This document shows, in pieces, positions 34,990 to 48,142 of a DNA stretch of 64,000 nt. This DNA comes from Heterodontus francisci (taxonomy: Eukaryota): NCBI RefSeq assembly GCF_036365525.1, contig NC_090403.1, positions 26,359,461 through 26,423,460 of the forward strand, written 5' to 3'. The position numbers and the translations under genes are program-made. Numbering within the stretch: the stretch's first letter is position 1; the number at the start of each line of letters is the position of its first letter. A model generated the notes under the pieces. The model did no database searches. It was given only the letters and a program-made list of their open reading frames with translations, and was not told where the DNA came from.

Positions 34990-37900
34990 ATGAGGTAAAA
35001 ACATCCCTATTACTTTTGGCATGCCTTCCTTTGGCACATGACTTTAATGAGGTAGTTGCCATGGTTCTAAAGGTAGGGGATAAAGACAGAAATATTTGCA
35101 TTCTACATTCTATAGACCTGGCAACCAGATTTAGTCTTTCTTTAATAATACATAGCAAGGACAAAAGGGTGATTATAAACAAGATCATGGAGAAATGGAA
35201 AGGGACCAGACCTATCAGCAGCTAAGTTTCTGACTGATAATGGCGGCGGGGGGTGGGGGGGGGGTGGAATTTGATGGAGGGGAAATGCTGCCTTGATATC
35301 AAAGGCAATCACTCTCACCTCAGCGTTAATTCAAGCTATCAAGGCAACATTTGACCGAGTGTGGCATCAAGGAGTGCTAGCCAAATTGAAGTCAATGGGA
35401 ATCAGGGGGAAACTCTCCACTGGTTGGAGTCATACCTAGCACAAAGCAAGATGGTTTGCTTTTTGGAGGCCAATATCTCTGCTCCAGGACATTCCTGCAG
35501 TAGTTCATCAGGGTAGTGTGCTAGGCCCAACTATCTACAGCTACTTCATCAATAACCTTCTCTCCATCAGAAGGTCAGAATTGGGGATTTTTGCTGATGA
35601 TTGTACGATGTTCAGTACCATTCACAGCTCCTCAGATACTGAAGCAGTCCGTGTCCATATGCAGCAAGACCTGAACAACATTCAGGCTTGGGCTGATAAG
35701 TGGCAAGTGGCCACACAAGTGCCCGGCAATGATGACAAGAGAGAATATAACCATCTCCCCTTGACATTCAATGGCATTCCCATCGCTGAATCCCCTATTA
35801 TAAACATCCTGGGGGTTACCAGTGACCAGAAACTGAATTGGAGCAGCCACATAAATACTGTGGCTACCAGAGCAGGTCAGAGGCTGGAAATTCTGTGGCA
35901 AGTAACCACCTCCTGACTCCCCAAAACCTGTCCACCATCTACAAGACACAAGTCAGGAGTGTGATGGAATTCTGTCCACTTGCCTGGATGAATGTAACTG
36001 CAACAACACTCAAGAAGTTCAACACCATCCAGGACAAAGGAGCCTGCTTAATTGGCACCCCATCCACCACCTTAAGCATTCAATCCCTCGACCGATGCAG
36101 AGTGACTGCAGGGTGTACCATATACAAAATGCACTGCAGCAACTCACCTCGCCTCCTTCGACAGCACCTTCTAAACCCACGATCTCTTCCACCTAGAAGG
36201 ACAAGGGCAGCAGACGTGTGGGAACATCATCAACTGCAAGTTCCCCTCCAAGTCACACACCATCCTGACTTGGACATATTTCACTGTTCCTTCATTGTTG
36301 CTGGATCAAAATCCTGGAACTCTCTACCGCATTGCACTTGGGTGTACCCACACCAGAAGGACTGCAGCAGTTCAAGAAGGCAGCTCAGCGTCACCTTCTC
36401 AAGGGCAATTAGGGATGGGCAACAAATGCTGGCGTGACCAGCAATGCCCACATCCCATGAAATGGATAAAAAGAAAATTGCCAATGCTGAGTTCAGAGAC
36501 ATGTTTGAAAACATGAACATTATGCTCATGAATACCACAGCTGAGAGTCCTTTCAGCAATGGGCTCTGTGAAAGAAATCACGCAGTGACAGATGAAATGT
36601 TGCATAAAATCTTAGCTGATGAATCAAACTGTAAGTTGACCATCACCCTGGCTTAGACAGTTCATACAAAAAATTCACTTCAGATAGTTGGAGGGTATCG
36701 TCCCTATCAATTGGTCTATGGACAAAATCCCAAATTGCTTTCTGTGCTATGCAATAGTCCTCCTGCTCTAGTTGGTACACAATTACTTCCAATTTTTCTG
36801 CACATTTGAATGCTTTACATGCAGAGAAAAGGGCTTTCATCAAGGCTGAGGTCACGGAGAAAATTCAGAGTGCTTTGAGGACTCTCAGCTGTGGTATTCT
36901 GAAACAGAATTTAATTCAGGAGATTTGGTGTGTTATAAAAGAGAGGATCATAGAGAATGGAAAGGCCCTGGTAAATCATAGGTTGTAATGGTAAGACAGT
37001 AGTTATCAAACGTGGCAATCAAACTGTTAAAGTTCATTCCTCACCATTAATTGGGATTAATTACAAAATCTCAGAATCTGAGTAGCTGATAGAAGCAAAC
37101 AAGGCACTGTATATCTCAGATGCTCATGTGTTTTGTGATGAAGGTGATGAGAAACAGAATACGGTAGATCAAATGTTGGATTGTGGTAATGTGAGTGATT
37201 ATGATACGCAGGACAGAGCTATCCCATCCAAAGGCCAATTGCCCACAGTGGGTACGCGGGTGACATATATTTTAGATGGGTCTAATAAATGGAGAGATGC
37301 GACAATTGTGGGACGTGCAGGAAAATCTACTGGCAAATTTAAATATTGGTTGAATGTTCGGGATGATGGCCAAGAAGTGAGGTCAATGCACTGGCAGAAT
37401 GGGGTGAAAGAGCGGAGAGTAAGAAAGTGCAGTGCAAGTTCTCATAGTGGGTCTGTGGAAGTGACTCTTGCATTAGGAAATGATCATGTACCAGAGAAAG
37501 AACCTCTGACAGTGCAAGATGTAGATCTTGCAGTAGTAGTCCCAACAAACATAAAAGTGCAAGTAGAGGCCTTAGCTTGAATAGAGCACACAATGAAATG
37601 AAGGCTATGGAGCAGTCTTGCAATAGAACTAGAAGCAGAAGTCCTCATGACTGTGAAGTTTTGATGACTGCCAATAAGTCTGAGGATAAACTAATAAGAG
37701 AGGCAAAACAAAAGGAATTAGATAATTGGGGAGAGTCTGGTGTCTATTCTGAGGTATCACATAAGGGGCAGCCATCCTTGTCATATAGATGGATTTGAAA
37801 AAGTCTTTCAAATGGGACTTATAAGGTAAAGCAAGGTTAGTTGCTAGGGGTTTTGAAGCATGACTGGGTGTTACAAATGTTAGAGTGGACTCTCCCACAG

Positions 37901-38410
37901 CTGAAAAAGTAATCTTGAGAATCCTTTTAGCTCTTTTGGCCACATATTCATGGGAGTGCAGATCTATTAATATTAAAACTGTGTTTCTGCAGGGTTATAC
38001 TTTTCTAAGAGAAGTGTTTCTGAACCCACTCAAAGAGGCAGCAGATACAGAAGGAAAACTTTGGAAACTAAACAAATGCATCTAAGGCCTGAATGATGCT
38101 TCCAGGGTGTGGTATTTTCAGTGAGACCTGTTTGCTGAAAATAGGTTGTGTTTTACTAAAAGGAAATTCGCCAGTGTTTTATTGGTATCATAAAGGAAAG
38201 CAGTCAAACATCTTAATCATGCACATTGATGATTTCTTATGAGGTGGTACCATGGAATTTGAGAAATGTGTTAATAAGATTAGAGTAGAATTTAAGATTG
38301 AGAGTCAGGCTTGTGGGGCTTTTAAATACGTCGGTTTAGATATTAAGCAGCGTAGGTCTGGAATAAATTTAAATCACCAATCCTATTTAGAAAGTGTACT
38401 CCTATCTTGG
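34990..38410 (+). mobile_element. Decayed Ty1/Copia-like LTR retrotransposon pol, interrupted by a LINE
   Basis: Integrase (HDFNEVVAM.LK, IDLATRFS, TDNG, TTAESPFSNGLCERNH) precedes RT (YKVKQG/KARLVARGFE, DSPTA, IKTVFLQG, HIDDFL), which is Copia domain order; many stops. Confidence 0.8.
35330..36465 (+). mobile_element. CR1/L2-group LINE 3' part inserted in the Copia integrase
   Basis: QGSVLGP...FADD motif. Integrase sequence stops at ~35240 and resumes at ~36480. Confidence 0.88.
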
Positions 38411-38429
38411 TTAATCATGCAGTGCATCT

Positions 38430-38808
38430 TGTAGATAGCAGTGTGTACCATCTACAAGATGCACTGCAGCAATGCAGCAAGGCTCCTTAGACAGCACCTT
38501 CCAAACCTGCGACCTCTACCAACTAGAAGGACATAGGCAGCAAATACATGGGAACATCACCACCTGCAAGTTCCCCTCTAAGTCACATACCATCCTGACT
38601 TGGAACTATATCGCCATTCCTTCACTGTCACTGGGTCAAAATCCTGGAACTCCCTTCCTAACAGCACTGTGGGTATACCTACCCCAAATGGACTGCAGCG
38701 GTTCAAGAAGGCAGCTCACCACCACCTTCTCAAGGGCAATTAGGGATGGGCAATAAATGCTGGCCTGGCCAGCAAGGCCCATATCCCATGAATGAATAAA
38801 AAAAAAAC
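38430..38808 (+). mobile_element. CR1/L2-group LINE 3' end
   Basis: Family 3' terminus with atgaatgaat and A-rich tail. Confidence 0.85.
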
Positions 38809-39045
38809 AGCTACCTACTAAGTACTGTTTAGTTAATGTTGATTTTTAGTTTAGTAATTGTAGTAGAAGTCTTAAAATGTGAAATCTTGTCATGTAATTC
38901 TTGGAAGTTCATATCTCTTGTTTCAAAGTTAACAGTCTCTACTGAGGTCATAACACTACAAGATTTGATATGGTTAACCAAGCTGTCCTTCTCTAGTGGC
39001 TCTCCCCTACTATCCAGGTTTGTGGGGATGCTCTTGCATGCATGG

Positions 39046-39941
39046 TGTTACGACCCGGCGAGGAAGGTGTCCAGGGATCCCTCCCAGCCTTTGCCTGGTC
39101 TTACTGTAACATGGTTTAATTTTAAACATGTATTTTTAGCTCCCCCTTAGTGAATCCTTGTTCACTGCTTTCCAATAATAAGGCAAAGAAACCAGCACAA
39201 ACAGGCTTTCTTAGGTTTAAAGAAGAAAATTTTAAATTTATTCAACTTGAACTTAAACTCTAATTCGGTTGTGCCTATGGATACACAATGCGTCCCACGC
39301 TAGCATGCATACGCGATACACACATGCAAATGGAGACAGAAAAGAGCAGAAGAAAAATAAAGTGGAAAGATTTGAGGAAATATCTGAAGAGTTTTTGCTA
39401 CGGTTCTTCGAGCTCACTGTAGAGTCCTTGATTGTAGGTAGATCTTGCTTTTCGTTGGATCCAGTATTCTTCTTAAACCTAGTTCGCTGTAGGAGACTTT
39501 TCTCTCTTGGGGTTCATGTGTCTTCAGTGGATTTAGAGGCTTGTGAGAAAGAGATGGGAGCAGACAGGAGAGATCTTCTCAGTCCATGAGCAAACAGTCT
39601 TTCTGAGCTCAAACTCTCTGTGGCTAGTTCAAAAGACCCTGGAACAGTCAGTTCGACATGTGACCAGTTGGTCTAACCAGTTTTGGATTGTATCACCTTA
39701 GCAGTCTCTGGAATGCTCCTCTTACACACAATACCTGGTGATCAAGGTCCATTGTGGGTTGAATGTGTCAGGGAATGGTCCTTTGTCCTTCCAAGCACCG
39801 TCTGTTAATATGCAAATGTCTTTTCCAGCCTCGGCTGATCTGTTTAACAAGTAATTTCCTCACTCCAGCAACATTTTGAAATCCCTGTTCATGACAAAAT
39901 TAATGTGCCTCATTCTTGGCAGGTGGGGGCCTAGCATGACA
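39046..39941 (-). mobile_element. Solo LTR (Gypsy/Gmr1-like family)
   Basis: TGTTA...TGACA termini; 4-bp TSD ATGG; reverse-complement homolog of 44859-45721 and related to the LTRs at 59046 and 62500. Confidence 0.85.
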
Positions 39942-39959
39942 ATGGCTTTATTTGTACCT

Positions 39960-40610
39960 GTCTGAATTTCTCCAGCAATGGCTTCCTTTCTTGTTACAGT
40001 CACCTCTGGAGTCCTCCCAGAGATAGTTTTCACATATATGCAAATGACAGCCAGTTTTACCTCTCTCCATCACTTCTCTCGAACACCGTCAGCACCCACG
40101 AACCCGCACACCCTCCCCCCTCCCTCCCCCAACCCCCACCAATTGCTTCCTTGCCTCTGTGCTGCTGGAAAGCTTGGCTGACATCAACTTATGGGCGAGC
40201 CACAACTTCCTCCAGCTCAACATCACGAAAACCAGGGTAATAGTTTTCAGCTCCTATTACAAATTCTATTCCCTTTCCATTGGCTCCATTTCCTTTCCTG
40301 GCTTCCCTCGAAATCTGAGTCAGACTATTTATAACCTCAGTTCTTTTTTCAATCTTGAACTGACCTTTAAACTGTCCATCCTATACATCACCGCAATATC
40401 ACTTGCCTCTAATCCTACCTCATCCCCTTTGCCACCGAAACCATTATACCTCTAGACTCAACATTTCTATTGCTCTCCTTGCTGGCCTTCCATCCTCCAC
40501 CTTCCATATACTTCAACTTGTCCAAAGCTCTGCTGCAAGTATCTTGTCTCACATTATGTCCCGAATGCCCATCATATCCATTTTAACTTGCTTACATTGT
40601 CTCCCAGTTC
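39960..40610 (+). mobile_element. Old L2 LINE fragment
   Basis: WASHNFLQLNITKT; SRL...LLAGLPSST...LQLVQSSAA. Confidence 0.7.
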
Positions 40611-41369
40611 TGCTGTACAGAAGGGTCCTAGGGATGAAGTGTCAGCTTGTTCCTGGGAATCTTGGTGTTATCTCTCATGTTCCATTACTGTGGTGCTCTG
40701 AGGGGGATGTGCGAAGGCCTGGCATCTGCTGTTATCCTGAGAGATAGCAGTATCAGTCAAATGGACACTTCCCTTCCTGCATCAGCAGTATGGTCTAATG
40801 GCAGCTATCAGATCCTGAAATTGTGAGTATTATACCCTTAGGATTAACAATACAGAGAAAAGGAGTGGAAGGCCCTGTCTGCATGGTGCTTCACTGAATT
40901 GTCAGCATGACAGTGTAGATTGTGTTCCGTCAATAACTTAATGCTTGCCAAATACAGCTGACCACACCATCTCCCACAGCAAGCGCTCAGTGAGATTGTC
41001 TTGAAAGGGATGAGGGGATTAAAGACATAGATTACCCCCTCCAGTAGCCTGCATTTGAATTGCATTGTACACCAGTTTACCCAGCTAGAAGATTGAGTAG
41101 TAGCAGTTGAGGAATGTGTGGCAAGTGGCTTGGGGAAGGTGAAGTAAAAGATGTGGGGGTAACTGTTAAAGTGGAGGAAGGGGTTTTAGGGTTGTGTGTG
41201 TGAATAATTCGACCTTTCTAAGTGGGAACTCACTCCATGTGGTCTGGAATGTGATGTGGTTGGTGGCATCTGGCAAGCGCCAAGTTATTGACTGAGTCAC
41301 TGTGCAGCCATACTGCAGGATACCAGGTTAGAGCCACTCTAAAGTGCACTGTGAAGGGTTTGCTGTGCT

Positions 41370-41598
41370 AACACAAAAGCAAAATACTATGGTTGCTGGA
41401 ATTCTGAAATGAAAACAGAAAATGCTGCAAATGCTCAGCACGTCTGGCAGCATCTGTAGAGAGAGAGAAATAGAGTTAATTTTTCAGGCCTGTGAGTGAA
41501 CTGATGAAAGATCACAGACCTGAAACATTCACTCCATTTCTCTCTCCACAGATGCTGCCTGACCTGCTGAGTAGTTCCAGCGTTTTCTGCTTTTATTT
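41370..41598. mobile_element. Palindromic (hairpin) Penelope-derived short element with hammerhead-like core
   Basis: 41411-41495 pairs with 41511-41596 as an inverted repeat; centre CTGATGA-AAGATC-ACA-GACCT-GAAAC at 41501-41526. Confidence 0.7.
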
Positions 41599-43209
41599 AT
41601 TGTTGTGTAATACTGCTTTAAAAGGGTGAAGAGCATTCTCATGCCCAGAATGGAAAACAAAGAAAAGGAGAGAGATTCCAGTATGTTACCTCGCCAGTTG
41701 TAGTGAAATTGTTGGCAGTTTCATGGTGTTCTGAAGTCCTGAGGTAGAGGAAGCTGGCACTCAGTCCTAATGCCACCTGCCTCCTGGTAGCATGAATTAC
41801 ATTCCCGGCCGACTAAAGTGTAAATTTGCGTGTTTTTCTCCTGGGGCCCTTCCCTCTTGCTGTCTGACACAGATTGTGTGTCAGTGGTAATTATTCTGTA
41901 CAAATATAAAAACAATTGCTAAATCACGCAGTGAAGTTATTTGAGAGTGAACTGAAAGGGCCTAGCAATGATCCTCGTGTACCTGGTTGTCCCTCAGTCT
42001 GTTGCTGAAGAGTTCTGACTGAACTGGGTCATTTTAAAGATTTATGTAGGAGTTTCCATGTAGTTCAACTGCTCAAACCCATTTTACACAGGTTTTATGC
42101 CAATAGCTACATCAACAGATCCAGCAATCCAATGTGCAGCTCCCTCTACTGGTGGACACAAGCATTTTAATAAGGAGTCAGGTCCTGATCGACTCGAGAA
42201 GGAAACAGAGTGAGTCTGTTGGGAGATGTGAGACCACATGGACTGTAAATCAAGTGCAGAGTCAAACCTAGTCTACAAAGAGCTCAGACATTGTCTGGAC
42301 TGGACCCGATGAGCAATTCTTAAATCTGCCTTACTTCATTGTAAGTGTTTTTTAAGAGCAGGCATTCTTCTCTCTCTCTACACAGTTAAATTTCTAACCA
42401 TTAGGCAAGAGCACTATGAATGCATGTATACAGACATGTATGGAGCTCTCTTTTGGGCAGGACAGTCAGAGGTCCAGCTAGGTAGAGCCCAAAAAAGGAA
42501 ATAGGATTCTGCCTGTTGAAACCTGAATGGCAATTATTGGTCTGAGACCAGTAGCTGCAGTAAATACAGCCTTAAAACCAGCGATACTGAATTATGATGC
42601 AGAATCACCATTGCTCTCTGCGGAACTGCACTCACTGGAACCCAAATAATGGTTAACTTTACTGCCAAAAGGCAGCAGCGGAAGGAGTTGTCACTTCGCT
42701 AACTGAAAGAAAAAAGAAAATTAAGAGCTGCTGCCTGGGAACTTTGCTTCAGATCAGTTACAATGGAGTTAATTTTAATTTTGGGCACTAATGTAAAGCA
42801 GGCACTATCCAATCAGCCATCCATCATACATCCTCTCCTAATTTTCATTTCCATTGAAGTCCAGGGAAATCAATGGGTGGCTGATCCAATGTCATCCATT
42901 TCACACAAAGTCAAAACTATCCCAATGAGTTTATTCTCTGCCTGAAAGCACTGATCCCTTGCATTACTTCCACGACTCTCCCCCTCCTTCAGTTCCACAT
43001 GTCTCATTTCTGTACTTGCACTAAAATCTACTTGGCCATAGTTTACCAATTACCAATTAATATGTCTTTGTACAGATGATAGGTGCTGGCACCTGTTACT
43101 CTTTAATGTTAAATTAGCTTTTAGGATAATTTAAGAATCTCTCAATATTAGTTCACAATTAATTATTTGTGGTGCTGTAAAGTACCTCAATAGTTCTTGC
43201 AGTAAAAAA

Positions 43210-44858
43210 AAATTCTTGGGATGTGGGCATTGCTGGCAAGATCGGCATTCATCCCTAGTTGCCTTGAACAGGTGGTGGTAGACAACCTTCTTCTTCAACC
43301 ACTGATTTCCATGTGGTGAAAGTATTCTCATAATTCTGTTAGGTAGGGAGTGCCAGGATTATGGAATGGGGATATAAGTCCAAATCAGGTTGATGTGTGA
43401 ATTGGAGGGGAGCTTGGAGTTGATGGTGTTTCCATGCACCTGCTGCTATTGTCATTCAAGGTATTGGAGATTTTGGAGGTGCTGTTGAAGAAGCCTTGGT
43501 GAGTTTCTGAAATGCACCCCGTAGATAGTACACACAGCAGCTGTGTTACCCTGATGTTGGAGAGATTGAATATTTAGGCTAGTGGATGAGGTGCTGATCA
43601 AGTGGACTGTTTTGCATTGGTTTGTGTTGGACTTCTCAAATGTTGTTGCGGCTGTATCCATCCGGAAAATTATTCCATCATATTCCTGATGTGTCCTGTG
43701 AGGACTTAGGAAGTGAGCTACTTACTGCAGAATACCTAGCCTCTGATCTGCAATAGTATCCATGTCATTTATGTGGCTGGTCCAATTGAACATCTGGTCA
43801 ATGGTAACCCTCAGGATGTTAATGGTGGGGACTCAGTGAAGAAATCCATTGAACATTAAGGGAGGTGGTTATGCTGTCTTTTGTTTGAGATGGTCATTGC
43901 CTGTCAGTTGTGTGGCATGAATGTTACTTACGTAAACCCGGATGTTGCCCAAATCTTGCTGCATGCAGGCATGGACATGTTGACAACTCCTTCCATTACA
44001 TTGCTGATGATTAGAAGTGGCAAATGGGTCTTTTTAAAATCATTTCTTGGGATGTTAGCATCGCTGGAAAGACCAATATGTGTTGCCCATCTCTAATTGC
44101 CCTTGAGAAGGTGGTGGTGAGCTGCCTTCTTGAACCGCTGTCGTCCATCTGGTGTAGGTACACCAACAGTGCTGTTAGGAAGGGAGTTCTAGGTTTTTGA
44201 CCCAGCGACAGTGAAGGAACAGCGATATAGTTCCAAGTCAGGATGGTGTGTGACATGGAGGGGAACTTGCAGGTGGTGGTGTTCCCATACATTTGCTGCC
44301 CTTGTCCTTACAGGGGATAGAGGTCGTTGGTTTGGAAGGTGCTGTCTAAGAAGGCTTGGAGAGCTACTGCAGTGCATCTTCTACATGGTACACACTGCTG
44401 CCACTGTGAGCTGGTGGTTGAAGGAGTGAATGTTTAAGTTGGTGAATGGGCTGCTTTGTCTTGGATGGTATTGAGCTTCTTGACTGTTGTTGGAGCTGCA
44501 CCCATCCAGGCAAGTGGAGAGTATTCCATCACACTCCTGACTTGTGCCTTATAGATGCTAGACTGGCTTTGGAGAGTCAGGAGATGAGTTACTTGCCACA
44601 GAATTCCCAGCCTCTGACTTGCTTTTATAGACACAGTATTTATATGGCTGGTCCAGTTAAGTTTCTACTCAATGGTAACTCCCAGGACGTTGATGGTGGA
44701 GGATTCAGCAATGGTAATGTTGTTGAATGTCAAGAGGCGAAGACTAGATTTTCTCTTGTTGCGGATTGTTATTCCCTGGCACTTGTGTGGCGTGAATATT
44801 ACTTGCCACATTTCAGCCCAAGCCAGAATGTTGTCCAGGTCTTGTTGCATGTGGACAC
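43210..44858 (-). mobile_element. Two CR1/L2-group LINE 3' fragments
   Basis: Family signature sequences at 43210-43980 and 44040-44858; the second resumes at ~45726-45790 after the solo LTR. Confidence 0.8.
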
Positions 44859-45721
44859 TGTCATGCAGGCCCCCACCTGCCAGTAATGAGGCATATTAAT
44901 TTCGCCACATGGACATTAAATTTCAAATTGTTGCTGGGAAGAAGAGAGGCCTGTTACAAGGGCTGCCAAATCTTGGCTTGAAAAAAACATTTACATACTA
45001 ACAAACATTGAAGGTAGGGAAGCGCATTCCATTCCCTGCTAAGATGACACAATACACAAAGCCAAGATCTGGTCAGCCCAACAAGTCACATGACTAACCT
45101 GCTTGGCAACCTGGGGGTTTCTGAATTGTACAGTTTTAACTGAGAGCCTGCAGAAAGCAGAATGCTCCTGGACTGAAGAAGACCTCCTGTCTGTCTGTCT
45201 GCTCCCAACTCTTTCTCACAAGCCTCTGAATCCATTGAAGACACATGAACCCCAAGAGAGAAAAGTCTCCTGCAGCGAACAAGGTTTAAGAATAATACTG
45301 GTCCCCAACGAAAAGCAAGATCTACCTACAATCAAGGACTCTACAATGAGCTCAAAGAACCGTAACAACAACTCTGCAGATATTGCTTCAAACTTCTCCA
45401 CTTTATTTTTCTTCTGCTCTTTTCTGTCTCTACTTGCATATGTGTATCGCATATGCATGCTAGCATGGGACGCGGCGTGTATCCGTAGGTGTTAACCTAA
45501 TTAGAGTTTAAGTTCAAGTTTAAAAAATTTAAACTTTTCTTCTTTAAACCTAAGAAAGCCCGTTTGTGCTGGTTTCTTTACCTTACAATTGGAAAGCAGT
45601 GAACAAGGATTCACCATGGGGGAGCTAAAAACACGGTATGTTTAAAATTAAACCCTGTTACAGTAAGACCAGATGAAGGCTGTAAGGGAACCCTAGACCT
45701 CTTTCTCACCTGGTCGTAAGA
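44859..45721 (+). mobile_element. Solo LTR inserted in a LINE
   Basis: TGTCATGC...GTCGTAAGA termini; 4-bp TSD ACAC (44855-44858 / 45722-45725). Confidence 0.85.
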
Positions 45722-46149
45722 ACACGGACTGCTTCAGTATCTGAGGAGTCGTGAATGTTACTGGACACGGTGCAATCATCAGTGAACATTCACACTCACA
45801 CATCCAAAGTTCCATGGTCTTGAGAAAATCTAAGTAGAAAATCCAGGCTCTTGTATTTGCGATGTACATTGTACTGCCTGCTATATGATGAATATCATGT
45901 ATATCTGGTCAATTTCCTTCTTCCCCATCCGTAAGTCTTATTTTCTCCTCTCTAATTGGTCATTTCTATTTTTGTTATTTACCAATTATATTATGCAAAC
46001 ATTTCCTAATTTTAGTTTTCTCCCCATTACGTTTCACCTAAAAATATACCTAATCATATTTCACTGCAAAAAGTTACCCATTCATGTGCTTGCAAAAAAG
46101 AAATTCTTTATGACAGTTTTCCACCCATCCTACTATACATACAATGTAA

Positions 46150-48130
46150 ATTAAAATTTATTACATAGTGTAACAAACATGCAAAGATCACAAACTTAAT
46201 CATAAATTTGGCTCCACTTACTTTCACAAACCAATGTACTTTTCCGGGTCTCTGATCATCCTGGACTCTGGGTACATCCTCATCTCCATGCTTTGTTATC
46301 CCTGTACCACCAACTAACTTGCCATTTCCGAGGCCCCAGTGTAAAATTGCACGCAAACGAGTCCATTTTCAACAATTCTACAGCCCTGATATTCCAATGG
46401 TTTAGAGGGTCCTTAAACCCTTCTCTCCTGCCATTACTTACATTAAAAACCAAGCATAAGGAGCTTATGGATTTCTTAGCCACTGTACGAGAGATCGTCC
46501 ATTTGCTTGCCTCAGCTACCTTTCCACCTTCAGTTGCCACCACCTTAAAACTCTCCTCAGGCCCCTGAACCCCCATCTCTCCCTGTGTACTCTCCAAGCT
46601 TAGCTGAGATCTACCTCCCACTCCCTTGACCTCATTCCCATTAAACTGATGACCATTCAAATTTGTTTTTCTGCCTCCCAAGCTAGCTATTACTGTAAAT
46701 GATTCCCTCTCCTCAGGCATTGTACCCTGCCTCTCAAAATCACTGACGCAACCCCCCCTTCTGAAGAAAGTTTTTTATTCGTTCTTGGGATGCGAGCATC
46801 GTTGACAAGGCCAGCATTTGTTGCCTATCCCTAATTAGTCTTGAGAAGGCGGTGGAGAGCTGCCTTCTTGAACTGCTTCAGTCCATGTGCTGTAGGTACA
46901 CGCACATTGCTGCTAGGAAGGGAGGTCCAGGTTTTTGACCCAGTGACAGTGAAGGAACGGCGATATAGTTCCAAGTCAGGGTGGTGTATGACTTGGAGGG
47001 AAACTTAAAGCTGGTGGTGTTCTCATGCGTCTGCTGCTGTTGCTCTTCTAGGTGGTAGAGGTCACAGGTTTAGAAGGTGCTGTTGAAGGAGGCTTGGCAA
47101 GTTGCTGCAGTGCATCTTGTAGATGGTACACTCTGCTGCCACTGTGCGCCAGTAGTGGAGGAATTGAATGTTTACGGTGGTAGATGGGGTGCCAATCAAG
47201 TGGGATGCCTTGTCTTGGATGGTATTTGGCTTCTTGAGTGTTGTTGGAGCTGCACTCATCTAGGCAAGTGGAGAGTATTCCAACATATTCCTGACTTGTA
47301 CCTTATAGATGATGGACAGATTTTGGGGAGTCAGGATGTGAGTTACTCATTTCAGAATTCCCAGTCTCTGACCTGCATTTGTAGCCACATTATTTATATG
47401 GCTGGCCCAGTTAAGTTTCTGGTCAATGGGAACCTTCAGAATGTTGATGGTGGGGCATTAATCAATGGTAATGCCATTGGATGTCAAGGGGATATAAAAA
47501 CAAGAAATGCTGGAAACACTCAGCAAGTCTGGCAGCATCTGTGGAGAGAGAAGCAGAGTTAATGTTTCAGGTCAGTGACCCTTCTTCAGAATGTCAAGGG
47601 GAGATGGTTAAATTCTCTCTTCCCACCACTTCTTTGCCCTTGCAAATTATACCTGATCATCAACTTCCTTTTCCACTCCAAAGTCCTTGAGCATATTCTG
47701 TCTCTCCATTTCTGTGCATATCTCTACCCAAAGTGCTCTGTTTGAATTCGTCCAATGAGGTTTCCACTCTTCTTTCTCCTGGCACCAAAACAGCCCCAAT
47801 CAATATCATGAATTACAATCTTTGTGTCCATGACCATGTAGTATCCTTCTTCAACTTCTCTGCAGCCTTTGACAAACTGTCCTCCTGCAACCTCAATCCA
47901 GCTGTGGGACTGCCTTCACTTGGTTCTACTTTAACTTAACTGATCAGTCCAAAAACATCCTTACCAATAGTTTCTATTCTCAGCCCTACATCACCGCTTT
48001 AGGAGTCTCCCTTGATTCAATTTTTAGCCCCTTAAAAACTTGTATTATCCCATAACAGATACAGCTTCCTCATCACCCTGTTCTTGCTGATCAACATTGG
48101 CTACCTATCTGTCAGTGCCTCAGGTGTAAA
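46150..48130 (+). mobile_element. Old L2 fragments interrupted by a minus-strand LINE (46770-47620)
   Basis: Degraded L2-like RT remnants (FSAAFDKL); the inserted LINE has the family 3' end at ~46775. Confidence 0.55.
47493..47590 (-). mobile_element. Short Penelope-terminus insertion with hammerhead-like core
   Basis: One arm of the 41370 element; direct repeat ATGTCAAGGGGA at 47481-47492 / 47591-47602; minus strand CTGAAGA-AGGGTC-ACT-GACCT-GAAAC-ATT. Confidence 0.72.
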
Positions 48131-48142
48131 ATTTTCACCCTT

